Shown: piece after piece, positions 1-12,349 of the stretch
Position numbering within the stretch: position 1 is the first letter of the stretch
Layout: every line of letters starts with the position of its first letter
Origin: Podarcis filfolensis
Lineage: Eukaryota
Reading direction: 5' to 3' (one strand)
Assembly (NCBI GenBank): GCA_964270895.1
Contig: OZ185440.1
Length of the DNA stretch: 64,000 nt
The notes under the pieces: generated by a model
Databases searched by the model: none
Seen by the model: the letters and a program-made list of their open reading frames with translations, nothing else
Told to the model about the DNA's origin: nothing
Position numbers and translations under genes: made by a program

Positions 1-2182
1 TGGCCACTCCAATGTGCTTTACACACCACTAGGTACAAAGTGTCCTGATGAGCATGATCATACTTTCATGGACCACAAAGACTCCCCCTGCCCCAGCCTG
101 GTTTAATGCTGCATTGAGTACTCAGGTGAACAAAGCCCAGACAGGTTGACTCTGCCCTACACACCCACCCAGGTCTCAGTAATACATATCAGCTTGGCTC
201 CCTCAAATTGTGGATAAGTAAATTTTTATTGTGAACCAACCCTGCATTCACCAACAACACCATCAGGCCAGAGGGCACAGCAGCCAGTCTACCAGTTGCC
301 TGCAGAATAGGTAGAGAGGTTCCACCTCTCCCCCTGTTATATTTTGTTACAGTAGATTGTTAGAAGACTTCAGAAGCACAGCAAAAGGTATTCAACATCA
401 TATCAGCTGCGTATGACCCACCCCAGTCAACCCAATGTGTTTAATATTTATATACATCATCATAGAATAGAACCAACCTCTTGATATGAGCAAGTTTAGG
501 GAATGTGGCTGATTGCACAGCCATTATTCATGTGTCCTCCTTAACAGCCTTATCATGAGCTTTGGAAATAACAGGAACAATATTTTGTTCTGTATATTTT
601 TAGTACAGAACTCTCTGCACTGCACTTTCAGTGACCTCTGTAGCACAGACCTCTCTGGTAATGGTGTTAATTCCATCTTCAACACAAGTCACAGTAAACT
701 GTGTGTCAAAGCTAGACAAATGGCATTAACTTTGTGCACACTCAGACTAAGAGTCACTTCAAACAAATCTGCAGGGTGACTGCTCTGGAGGAGGAATGAA
801 GCAGACCTAGATAGGAAATGAGAACTTTTGTGGCATTTAGTGGAATTGGCCAGAGGAAGTTTAAAGAGGCAGGGGGAAGCTATCCTGAACAAAGTTTGCC
901 TCTACTGCAACTTCCTGCAAAACAAAAAACACACCACTGCTTAGGAAGTCTTTAATTGCTTATGTGGTCAGGATCTTTCATTCTAACAACACCATCAGTG
1001 CTGCGGCAGAATAACTATTTGATGCTAATGTAGAGGAGGACACTAGCTAGTAAAATACTATCATTGCTTCCTGTATAAAATCACTTGTCCTTGGAAGGCT
1101 CCTTCCCAAATATGGATTCTAAGCACTTGGTACATGTGACTCAGTTCAGCTTAGCTGCAAAATATAAATTCTTCTTAAACATCAAATTAAATCTATTTTG
1201 CATATGTGCTTGGCCAAGTTAACATTTGTCCAGCCATTTTGCTATTTATCCTATAAACGTCAAGGCACATTGCAGTATCTAATTTCTATACAAACAGCAA
1301 TACAAAATTCTCTTTATAACCCACACAAACACACTAATAGCATTCATAAATATAATTCCATCTATGCCTGTTATTAGAACTTTCTTAATTATCAGGTCAT
1401 TGGTTGATTTATACAGTCTGAGAGACTGATACTGCTTTTGGTAACTGTTGAATTTGAACCAACCCAAACAGCCCCCGCCCCCATGATTTCAAGATTTAAT
1501 CACTATTAACAGATAATATGCATTAAACTAGAACAGAATTATCAATATGTTTTGAATCTAACTACAACTAACTTCAGTAAGTATGTATTGTGTCTAGTTC
1601 CTTGATTATACTGAAGGCATGACAAAAATTTCCCACATGATCTTCTAGAACAGTGACGTTTATTTAATTAATATCTTTCCTCTCTTCACAGCTCCAACTA
1701 ACACAATAAGCCTGTATTCAAAGCAAGGCATGAATAATTCACATTTTAAAACCTCATTATTACAAAAGATGTCAAGTTCACACACTGTCAACACTAATAA
1801 ACCTTCCAACCTTCTAAAACCAAGACCTCCCTCAACACTGTGTTCACCCCCTCAGAGAAGCCAGGGCAAACGCAGAGCTAGATAGCCCTTGCAGTGAGCC
1901 ATGACCGCCTGCAAACACAGCTTTGTGTTGGTCCACGAAGGGGCTGCTTCAGGAAATTAAGACCTCCCACCCCTCACCCGAAGAAATATCCACTTTTTTT
2001 CCATTAAAAGGCTGTCAGTTCAAGTGCTCCATAGAAACCAAAACACCCAGAATAAATAAAGAGGCTCACTTATGGGTCACTAAAAACATCATTCTTTAAT
2101 TTAACTGCTATCCTTTTGTCATATTGTTGTGAAATCAGAACAGACCAGACGCAACAAAGAACTGAAGTGCCACCTTCACATA

Positions 2183-2427
2183 CAGTGGAACCTTGTGTAA
2201 CGTACCATCCTCCTTGCAAACGCTTTGGGTTACGAGCTCTGCTAACCCGGAAGTAGATGCTCTGAGTTGCGAACTTTACCCTGGGATGTGAGTGGAAGTC
2301 ACACACTGGCAGCGCAGCAGCAACAACGGGAGGCACCATTAGCAAAAGCACGCCACATGTTACAAGCGGTTTCCTGTTACAAATGGACCTCTGGAACGAA
2401 TTGAGTTCATAACCTGAGGTACCACTG
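2183..2427. mobile_element. Tigger/pogo-like (Tc1/mariner) MITE, divergent subfamily
   Basis: TA|CAGTGGAACCTT ... GAGGTACCACTG|TA. Internal blocks (ctaacccggaagta, gaggcaccattagc, ggacctctggaacgaattgagttcataacctgaggtacc) are homologous to the family below but clearly diverged. Reverse orientation relative to the 4511 copy. Confidence 0.75.
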
Positions 2428-3426
2428 TACACACTTTAAGACGCACCTCCAAAATGCTACAACCCCAACACACAGGACCTGAATTTAGTATAGTCTCAAT
2501 GAGTGTTTTTACAAAGATCTGAAATGCATTTCTTCCCCACTCCAACACTGATGACCTCTTTACTGAAAGATAAAAGATCTATCATAATACAGTGATACGA
2601 TGAACTCCACTTGGTTGGCTTTTTCAACCTGGACCATAACTTACCATTGTTATCCATCTATGATTGTGTCAATAAGGATTTATTGCAGCAGCAACAACAA
2701 CAACAACCTAGTCACCCTTCCAGCTTATGGCAACGTAAATGGAAACTGCCAAGTAAGTCATTGATGTCTCCAAGTGGGTTCTTGGGGAACTAAGAGACTG
2801 TGCTATCTGAAAAAATTCGACTATGATACTGAGCTTTCTGGAAAAATTGCACCCTGCCTAATTTTTGAAGCAACTCATTCTCGTCCATTTAAACTAGCAG
2901 GGTATTTCTCCCCCTATCCACTTGCTGTTTTGCACAATTAGGTATGGGCTAGTAGACATTTTTAACAGGCAAGTTAAGCTTTTCAAGCATTCATGACCGG
3001 GTTAATAGGGTGCATCTTTTAACTTGATGGTTTAGGGGACAGTGTTTACAATTGAGGGTGAGGAAAATAAAATAAATAAAAAATCAGCAGAGGATGAACC
3101 CTGATCTATCAAAGTCTATGTGGTTTTGAACAAGATATAAACATTGGCAGTTCTCATTAAGGTTAAGGAGACTTAGCAGTGTGTGTGTGCTGCTTTAGGA
3201 TTGATTCCTATATTGCTTTGATATTCCTATATTGCTTTGATTCCTATTTGCAAGCTTCACAAACAGTTATCTAGCAAGCACTGCCTATACCATGAAATCA
3301 CTAACCACCCATTTTTTACAGCAGATACTAGTAGTAATTGTGGAAAAGTAAGATGAAGAGATGAGAGATGCCGTGACACCAGCTGTGTCTATAGCATAGA
3401 AGAATTCTATAGCATAGAAGAATTGT

Positions 3427-3710
3427 GCCATTTTAGGATGAATTAGCAGTCACATGGGAAATTATACCATTTTTCTACTCAGCACTGGTAAGACATCATT
3501 TGGGAGATCATGTTCAGTGTTAAGAAAGGACAAGAAGCAATGATTTTAAATTTTAGGATAACTTTTAAAAGTCCTCCAAAATCATAAAAAACTGTCAATC
3601 AATGAAGAAAAAAACCTGCCTACAGCAACTATGGGATTTCCTCTCTCAAAGACACTCAAGAAAATGTCGGAGAGACATCTGTCTGGGATGCTTTAGCTAT
3701 ATGGTATCAC
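3427..3710 (+). mobile_element. Ancient CR1 LINE fragment
   Basis: gccattttaggatgaatt ... tactcagcactggtaagacatcatttg (AILG.I ... YSALVRHHL, compare CR1 YSALVRPHLEYCVQ). Later agacatctgtctgggatgctttag resembles the CR1 3' end. Confidence 0.55.
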
Positions 3711-4510
3711 ACTGGCCAGAAATTAGGTAGCTTTGGAGACTATTTCAAATACAATGAGTATATGAAAAGCACTGTATGTGCCACAGTTCTCTCCTAATTT
3801 AGGGTATATATTAAGTGTCATTAACTCATATCTTAACTATTATTATGTTGAAGTATCATTTTAAATGATTAAATAATTAACAGTACAGTATCCCCATTGT
3901 CTGAGCTACAATAATCCAAAATTCCCATTATTGACACATAGGGTATATTTCCTGTGCAGTTTATTTCAGCAATTGCCATTGTGACATCCATGGGTGAAAT
4001 GATGCCCTTGAGGTCTTCCCATGGCACCCGTGAAAGCTTTGAGTCTCCCCCTACCCCTGCACTCACTGCCTGCTTGGTCCTGAAATGGGAAGGGTTCCTT
4101 TTTCTCCCTTGAAAAGTACACTGAGGTGAAGAAAAAAGATGGAAAAATGATACTCTTCCACACTTACTATTTCATCTCCCTGTGCTTTCTAAGTCTCAGA
4201 TTGATTTTACTGGATCCAGCAGTTGGATCCAGCTGGATTTCCAGTTCCTTTGGAAAAGGGAAGTGTGTTTCTTGGAGGAGGGGACGGAAAAGTGACCACA
4301 GGGCCTGTCACCCCCGGCAAAAATCCATATGTATCCATGGGGCAAAGGTTGGTATCCCACAGTCTAATTCAAAATTTATAAAAATGGCATCCCCCTTTAG
4401 CCAAAAGTCTGGATGATCACTGTGCCATTCGACAGATTGTACTGAACCCCCCCCCCGAATAACCCCAAACCAGAAGGTCTAGTATTTTGTATAATACACA
4501 GATTGGATTA

Positions 4511-4752
4511 CAGTGGTACCTCAGGTTAAGTACTTAATTCGTTCCGGAGGTCCGTACTTAACCTGAAACTGTTTTTAACCTGAAGCACCACTTTAGCTAA
4601 TGGGGCCTTCTGCTGCCGCCGCGCCGCTGGAGCCCGATTTCTCTTCTCATCATGAAGCAAAGTTCTTAACCTGAAGCACTATTTCTGAGTTAGTGGAGTC
4701 TGTAACCTGAAGCGTATGTAACCTGAAGTGTATGTAACCTGACGTACCACTG
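4511..4752. mobile_element. Tigger/pogo-like MITE (forward copy)
   Basis: TA TSD on both sides. TIR CAGTGGTACCTCAGGTTA / TAACCTGACGTACCACTG (17/18 match). No coding capacity. Confidence 0.9.
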
Positions 4753-7700
4753 TATAACTATTAAGAATCATCATATGACACCAGTCTTTTCAGGTGCTGG
4801 AAGGGAAAGGAGAAAGAGGAAATGTGCCAATCTTACATCCACAAATAGGGCAGCTGACATCGAGAATTTCCATCTGGACAGGATAAGAAGAGATCAGAAG
4901 GTCAAGAGGTTACAGATCTAGATCTTAGCAAACAACAATTCACCTCCTTTCCTAACCCTTCATATTGCTGTTGAAGAATATATCAAACAGTAATGTATAT
5001 ATACCAAATCATGGGAATACAGCCTACAAAATTCAAATTGATATAATAATGGGGAAATCCTGTCAGAATTTTATGAGAAATAACAATGTATTCATTATTA
5101 AACATAAACACTATTGCACTAAGTTATAGTGAGAAAGGACCAAAGGTCAGTGGCAGAAAAGATCCATCTATATGGCTAAACCCTCTTTGAGATTTCTTTG
5201 CTGTTGCCAATCAAAGTAGACATTAATGAACTAGATGAACCATTGCTCTTATTCAACATGGCAATTATTTATAATAAATTCTTATACTATGTGGATGCTC
5301 ATGTATATTTATTCAGTCAAGATTTTGTTTCATATTGTAAATTCTGTGTTTTATATATAAGGCATTATTATCCACACATAGACTTTGAGATGGGACAGGC
5401 TAAAAAGAGAAATAAATTACTACCCATGAATGAAAAAAATAGGCTTATATAGTCAGTCCACAACAGTAGTCAAGTCAATTGCATATTGAGAGCTACTGAG
5501 ATGGTTTGAATTTTCAGTGTTGATTATAGCACATGCAATACAGATTCACCAACAGACAGTATCAGCAAGAAAGCAATGAGCAATGTCAAGATTTTTATTA
5601 CTGTTGCTTCAGCAAATTGCCTATGGATTCTCAGAGGATCAATTCATCATTTCAGATTGTCAACACCCAACTACATGCTAAAAGTTTTCTCTGTCCTCCT
5701 TTTAGACACAAATGATTTCAGGGGCATACAGCCAAGGGAAGTGGCAGATAAAGGAGAAAGGCTTCAGCTGTGTGGCGGATAAACCTCAGAGTTTGGTAGA
5801 TGCAATCAAATGCAGCTGCTTCTATGGCAGCATATGGTTAAGTAAATCACCCCTGAGGGCAGGCTGGATGGTAAGCAGCCAAACCTCTTTAGAATGGGCA
5901 CACAAATTATTAAATCATCTTATTGCCAGGCAGACCACATGAAGAAGCTTGCTGGGCTTCATGAGACCCCGTGCGGTGGCCTCCTGTAAACTAAGACTTG
6001 CTTAGACAGTACCGCAAAATTAAGACAAATTGTGTGGCTGGACCAGGCTACAGCAGTGCCAATGGCCTTATCTGCAAGCTGTATTGGAGAATGAAGTGGT
6101 GTGTATTGTGTGAGAAACAAAGCATAGGACACAGCTTTCCATGATCAACATGCCAGCAGTGCTGCCAGAACACACTCTCTTTAGAGGAGAAAAGAAAACC
6201 TATTGATAAGCCATTTTCACTACATTTCATCAAGATATTAAGAATATGAATGTTTTTGTTGAATATTGCAGACACTCTGAAGCACTGTATTTCAAGTTCA
6301 GTTTCCATCACTGACTGGCAATGCACTTCATGTTAAAAGACAGCTATTTAAATTTGTAAAATCTAAAATTATGCCACAATCCACATAGTACACCCACAGT
6401 GGTCAACCATATGCCTCTGGGAATAGCCTGCTCCTGTTGCTGTCCTCTAGGAAAATGGCAGTTCCATATAATCGTCATGGTTTTGGGCCATAGACCCCAA
6501 ATCTTTGATTCTGTATAATCCCTTTTTAAAGGCAATCAAAATATCACCATATCTTATTCCAGAAAATTCCATAAATGTTGTGCTGAATAAAGAAGTGCTT
6601 ATTAAACAGAACAAATTGTAACACTTAAACAGAAAAACTGTAAACTCCAAACATATAAAGTTCTCATCACTGTAGATTTTTACAGTAAAGCTATGTCTTT
6701 AACCTTCATAGATTTTTTTTCTGAATTATGCTAATGAGTGTAACAAATCGAAGCAAGAAAGCCAAGGAGTTGTACAAGGTCACAATAAATGTGAGATTAT
6801 ACAGATTGTGTCTTTGTATATTTGAATAGATGTGGGATCTGGATTAAAAATCTGAGAATTTTAACATCTGCAAGACCCTGGATCATAGTGCAAACATTGA
6901 AATGTTTATAGCTAGCAGAGACTAAGTCTACAGTTTTCATGGTTTTACCAAAATACCAAGAAAGCATGCAAGCAATTTATGTTGTGAAGGGATTGAAACC
7001 AAAGTAAGTCTATGTGAGGGAACTGGTGATAGGATGCCTGAATTATTTATTGTTCCTTCTTCCTCCAAGCAGGAATCATTTACATACCATATTTTACGAT
7101 GCAGAATCTGCCTGAAGAACCACCTCCAAGACCAAATCCTTGTTTTGCATTGCCATTTTTCTTCATATTTTATTTCTATAGAAGCCTGATCCTTTGATGA
7201 TGAAAGAAATTAGGGCCAAAATGTTCTAGTACTTTGGCACAGAAACTTTTGCTCCCAAGGTATTTGCAATCAGCAATCTTGATCCTGCAAGCATTGACAC
7301 ATGTGCATAACCTCAGTGCATAACTGAGGTTTAAAAGCAACAGGCAAGCAGCCACTTGGGCCAGACAAGTACAGCAATACTATTCTGCACTTGGTTGACC
7401 TACAATCAAGTAGGCGATTTGTTCTCCATGACCTATGCTATTTCTCTTGATCTTTCTGTATTTTGAACCCCTGCCTTTGCATTTCCAGCTACACGTGTAG
7501 TTAACAGTGGCATGGAAATTTAAAGTAACTCTCATTAGTTTAGCCTTTTTAAAGTGAAATCAGTGTTTGTAATTTGTGAGTACAGTGCAGACTGTAAGGG
7601 CAATGGCTTGTAGTTTAGCATGTTTACATACGCACTGTGTCAGCAGAAACGATTCCTTACCACAGAAAGATGGTTGCATGTGCAAGAAATAAATAGCCTT

Positions 7701-9009
7701 TGACATGCTGGTTAATTACATCAGTTAGCTACTATCACACATGCATGAATGCTGCGCTAATGAAAACACTTCACTGTGCAAAATGGAATAGATCAAGATG
7801 TCTGCAAGTACTTAGAACAGTACAGAGTCTAATTTAAAGCAATGGGGTTCAGTTAAACACTCAGGCGTTGAATGCAACTGAAAGAAAGGATTATATGGAG
7901 CTGTGGGTATGCTAATAGGGTTCAGCAAACCCAAGTACATTGGGATTACAGATATGAGGGCAATAATTTGTGACCAGAAGCCTAGGGACTGCCAGCTGCT
8001 CTCTGGGGCAAGTGATCTAGCTCTGCTATTGAGGGAGAAGGCCTGCTCTCTTCTTTGTCCCAAAGCAAATGAAGCTCAGCCAGTTCAACAAGGAGGCCCA
8101 ATGGTTGTGTGAAAATGTGTGGTGTTACTACTGCCACTTGAGTACACAATGAGAGGGGACTGATATTAGTATCCGACATTGCACATAAATAGATACCGGT
8201 ACGCCAAAGTAGTATTGGAACAACTATGATAATGGTACACCACATTCAGAGAACAGAAATCTAGAAGTCTGTGGTTTCAGTGGACACAAGGAGCAAGCCA
8301 TTCCAGTGCTTAAGTACATGGTTTGTCTTGATGCATGCATTCTGTTGAAATCAATAGGACTGAAAGCAACTGTCTAAAGCAGATGCCTGCTTAAGAGCTT
8401 TGCTTCTAAAAAAAACCTGAAGTAGGCACCCCCAGGGATGTAGCTAAGGGATGTAGCAGCAGAGGCAGAAAATGTCACTTAAAGTGGTCACTAGGGACTC
8501 CTAAGTATTAAGAGCCATTCCAACAACCCCATCAGCCTCTATTTAAAGTGATATATAGATAACGGTGAATATACCTATAACAAATAATGTTTTAATTAAT
8601 TATGCAAAATAATAATAATATGCTTTTCATGCTCATCGCACTTAAAAAACATATTGGTCATATCATTTTAAAGGTTTTGTATCTTCACTGCCAGAGTTGG
8701 AAATATATTATTGGATCCCTATTTTGTTACAGCCAGTATCAACAGATTAAGCTGAAGTGAATACAGTACAAAAACTATGCCCACACCCATACTGTTTCCT
8801 TCTGTCTTCCATGGTTTGCAAAAATCATAGTTTGCCATGACATTCAAACCACTCAAACTATGGTAAGAACTAACCAGGGATTGCTTTCCAAGTCCAAACC
8901 AAGGCTTCCAAACTAATTTCCAACCATGGCTTCAGATCATGCTGTTGAGGAAATTCCCGGTTTGTTTGCTCATATCCCATGTTTAAGATGAACACTGCTC
9001 AAAGATATT

Positions 9010-9330
9010 TAACAACAGCATTGTAAAATAATAAAATCAGAAAAATAGTACAAGATAAAAATTATTAAAATACAAAACCAACACATAATGAGTTCAAAAG
9101 ACCTTGCTGAACAAAATACCTATTAATACCATATCTAAAGATTGACAGAGAGAGGGCTTGGGCTCCAGGAAAACAAAATTCAACAATGTGGTGGGGTGCA
9201 CCACTGAAATGACCTTGCCCCTGTTACTCATCCACCCAATCTTCTCCAGTAACTGACCAGAGAGCAGGACCTCTGATGTCAATCTTAAGGCCTGGGTAGG
9301 TTCATGTGAATGCAGGCAGTCCTTCAAATA
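9010..9330 (-). mobile_element. Older L2 LINE 3' fragment
   Basis: ggggtgcaccactgaaatgacc and cttaaggcctgggtaggttcatgtgaatgcaggcagtccttcaaata resemble the 31.7-kb L2 fragment; preceded on + by an A-rich UTR. Confidence 0.6.
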
Positions 9331-11978
9331 ACACTAGCCAAAGTCACAGCAAACAAAGAGTTATCACAAACAATGGAAGGAAGATGAAAAATGTGTACGA
9401 CATCAATGGGAATATCTAAATCATGGCACTAATTCTTATGCTTTATTTCAGCTGATAGTCTTTTAGTACTTCTATCTACTCATCTCCCTAAAATGTCCAT
9501 AGTTTATACGGGTCAGTGGCTTCTCCTCACTAAAACTGCAATCTTATATTCTGATTTGCACACTGAAATCAGCAAGACTGAAGTTGATGCAGCTGAATTG
9601 CTGATTCAGTGGCTGAAACCACAATAAGTTTCAGAGTAAGAGCTCTGAACCACAGACTTTACCATGAGTGACCATAATGTCCACAAAAGTGGGAAGGAAC
9701 TTTCAATAATATTTTTGATCTTTAGTTTCTTCTGCCTTTGCACACACATGTGCCAGTGAAGAACACAGCTGCAAATTTTCATTGCATAATTTTAAATATA
9801 ATTTTAATCTGTTGTATTTATCCCTTCCAAAGAGTGAAATAATCTTCCACGGCTACTGACACAGAAATAAGTGGGGGTGGGAGGGGGAATCCATCCTCAG
9901 TGTCCTTTCCATTGCCAGGCAATTATGTTTCACATAGCAAAACCACAACACAAATATACTGACAGTTAAATTGCTTTTATCACTTCTATTTTTCATAAGG
10001 TTCTCATGTACTAATCCTGCTTAGTCATATCTGAACCAATAAAAAACCCAAACTGCTAACATAGTGGCTAACGTTACAATGACACATGCTATTGACTTGT
10101 AATTACTTCCACAGCAAAACAGCAAATTCTTAACAAATTCAAGGCTTTTTATAGCTGCTTGAATTTAAAAACAAAACCCAAGTTTACCAATTTAACTTTT
10201 ATTTTACTTTTTGCTTGCTTGCATTGTTCATCTGGGGGGGGGGGTTAGAGTCCTTGTTTCAGATAAAGTAATAACAGGCATCTGTTGAAAGGAGAAACAG
10301 TTTCTCCCTGCTTTATCCAGGTCCTATTCAGCTCAGATGTCTTAAAGTTCAGAAGGTAAGAAGGAATAATAACTGTTTGTTTGAAAAATAAAAGTTTTTA
10401 ATTAAATTTAGCACTTCTGAGCTTGCATTTAGTGGGAAGGCTTCTTGTGAAATAAATTACATCATTTCTGACCCTGACAGCACAGAAGCATAATGCAACA
10501 CTATAAGCAAGTATGTGTTTTGTTTTGGTGCTCTAAGAACAATTACTAAAGAAAACAACAAATGTTGACAAGTTGTGTTTCGGTTGTGCCTTGAAGGCGC
10601 CCTCTTGTTTTGTGGGGATAGGAGCTCCAAAACTCATTCTACTCAAGAAAGTGCAAGTTTCAACAAGCCCAACCTTCTTCTCTTCCTGCTCTGAAACCAC
10701 AAGAAAGAAGCCACAATCTGCAAGTTGCAGAAGCTGCATCCCATTTCCTTATTTATTATTGTTAGTTTTTTATTTGCAAATTTCACAAGGAAAAAAATAA
10801 CACACAGAGAAAGCAGGAAGGGATCGCAGGCAAGCAAATCAGTTGTGGGCCACCTTTTTGCACTCCATATTTATTCCTGCTTATCATATCTCTCTTTGTT
10901 GTGTCTTCTAATTGTATCTAGAAGCTGTGAGGAGGAGGAGCAGAGCAATTAGCCACTAAAGGAAAGATAAGCACAGATAAACAACAGGCAGAAAAAGGTG
11001 CCCAGAGGCTCCACTTTCCCTGCCTGTTTGCCTATGATTCCCTAGCATCCTGTACCTTTTCCCAGGCTTCAGAATTCTCAGCAATCAAAGCTGAGTGGCT
11101 TGGCTTGCACATAGCTACTTCTGCATCCCCCCGCCACTGCCTTGGTCTTATGAAATAAAATATATCAGAATATAATAAAACCCAATCTCTTTCCAATCTT
11201 TCATGTCCATAAATATTATACCAATAGATAATAAATGGAGCCCATTTACAACTAAAGCAACCTGAATATGCATTCAATTTCTTTGACATACAGTATTGGT
11301 CAATTTGTCCATGTCTGCTATTTCTGTGGCCTTGCTCAGTCATTCTGTAATTGTAGGAAAAGAAACAACTTTCCAGTACTGAGCCTATTTAATTTGTTCT
11401 CCAACTGAAAAATTCTGCAGTAATAAAATAACTGCACTGGACATGCTAAGAAGAAACGTCTCTGGTTATATGCATAGACTCAGCTCAGAGGCTTTAGGCA
11501 TATGGAATCTACTTGCAGGATCTACTTTGTTTTTTAACCCTAAAATGCACCAGTTGGACCTTTAATACTTCTGAATTCTGAGCTCAATAATTTGCTTTAA
11601 AGCCCAGAATTAAATGGAGCTCAGTGTCCTTCCACATAAAAACCCATTCCTGGCAAACTCCTGCTTTCTTCATTTCAACAGTATAATGCAGGGAGGGATG
11701 GGAGTCACTTTGCTGCTAATGTTAAACAATTGGGAATTGGAGCTCTGCTTGATTTGCAGTAGATTGGCAATGATTTCTATCCGTGGAGTCTGATCTTATA
11801 CAGTACAGCTTGATCCTGTCTTCATTGATTTCACCAGAACAATCTCACAATTTTCATGGATTAAAGATGTATTTACAGAGGAAGCTTATCAAAAACGAAC
11901 GTGTGGTTGTACATAATGTACAATATGTACATTTTAGAGCACAGTGGAGTATTTGGGGGCAAGACACTATCTAGAAGA

Positions 11979-12197
11979 CAGTGGTACCTTGGGTTACAAA
12001 CGCTTCAGGTTACAGACTCCGCTAACCTAGAAATAGTACCTTGGGTAAGAACTTTGCTTCAGGATGAGAACAGAAATTGCATGGCGGCGGCGCAGCAGGA
12101 GGCCCCATTAGTTAAAGTGGTACCTCAGGTTAAGAACAGTTTCAGGTTAAGAAAGGACTTCCAGAACAAATTAAGTTCTTAACCCAAGGTACCACTG
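11979..12197. mobile_element. Tigger/pogo-like MITE (reverse copy)
   Basis: CAGTGGTACCTTGGGTT ... AACCCAAGGTACCACTG|TA; left TSD reads GA instead of TA. Same internal sequence as the 4511 copy, inverted. Confidence 0.9.
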
Positions 12198-12234
12198 TAA
12201 CAGAATAATATTGGAGCTGTTACACTTATTGTAA

Positions 12235-12349
12235 GTGGTATTCAATTAAGTTTTCCACAAAGTAGACCTACTGAAATTAATGGACCCAACTTAGTCATGT
12301 TCATTAATTTCATTAAGTCTACTCTATGTAAAACTTAGCTGAACACCAC
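12235..12349. mobile_element. Palindromic (foldback) MITE, probably Harbinger-like
   Basis: About 51-nt arms: gtggtattcaattaagttttccacaaagtagacctactgaaattaatggac pairs with gttcattaatttcattaagtctactctatgtaaaacttagctgaacaccac (about 80% by eye). Confidence 0.65.

Noticed and set aside
2611-2793. Poly-Q ORF
   Set aside because: A short CAG/CAA microsatellite in a 60-codon frame with a non-ATG start.
3201-3424. Small tandem duplications (17-19 bp at 3201-3250, 18 bp at 3389-3424; also 25 bp at 15227-15277 and 14 bp near 51978)
   Set aside because: Two- to three-unit slippage products with no further structure.
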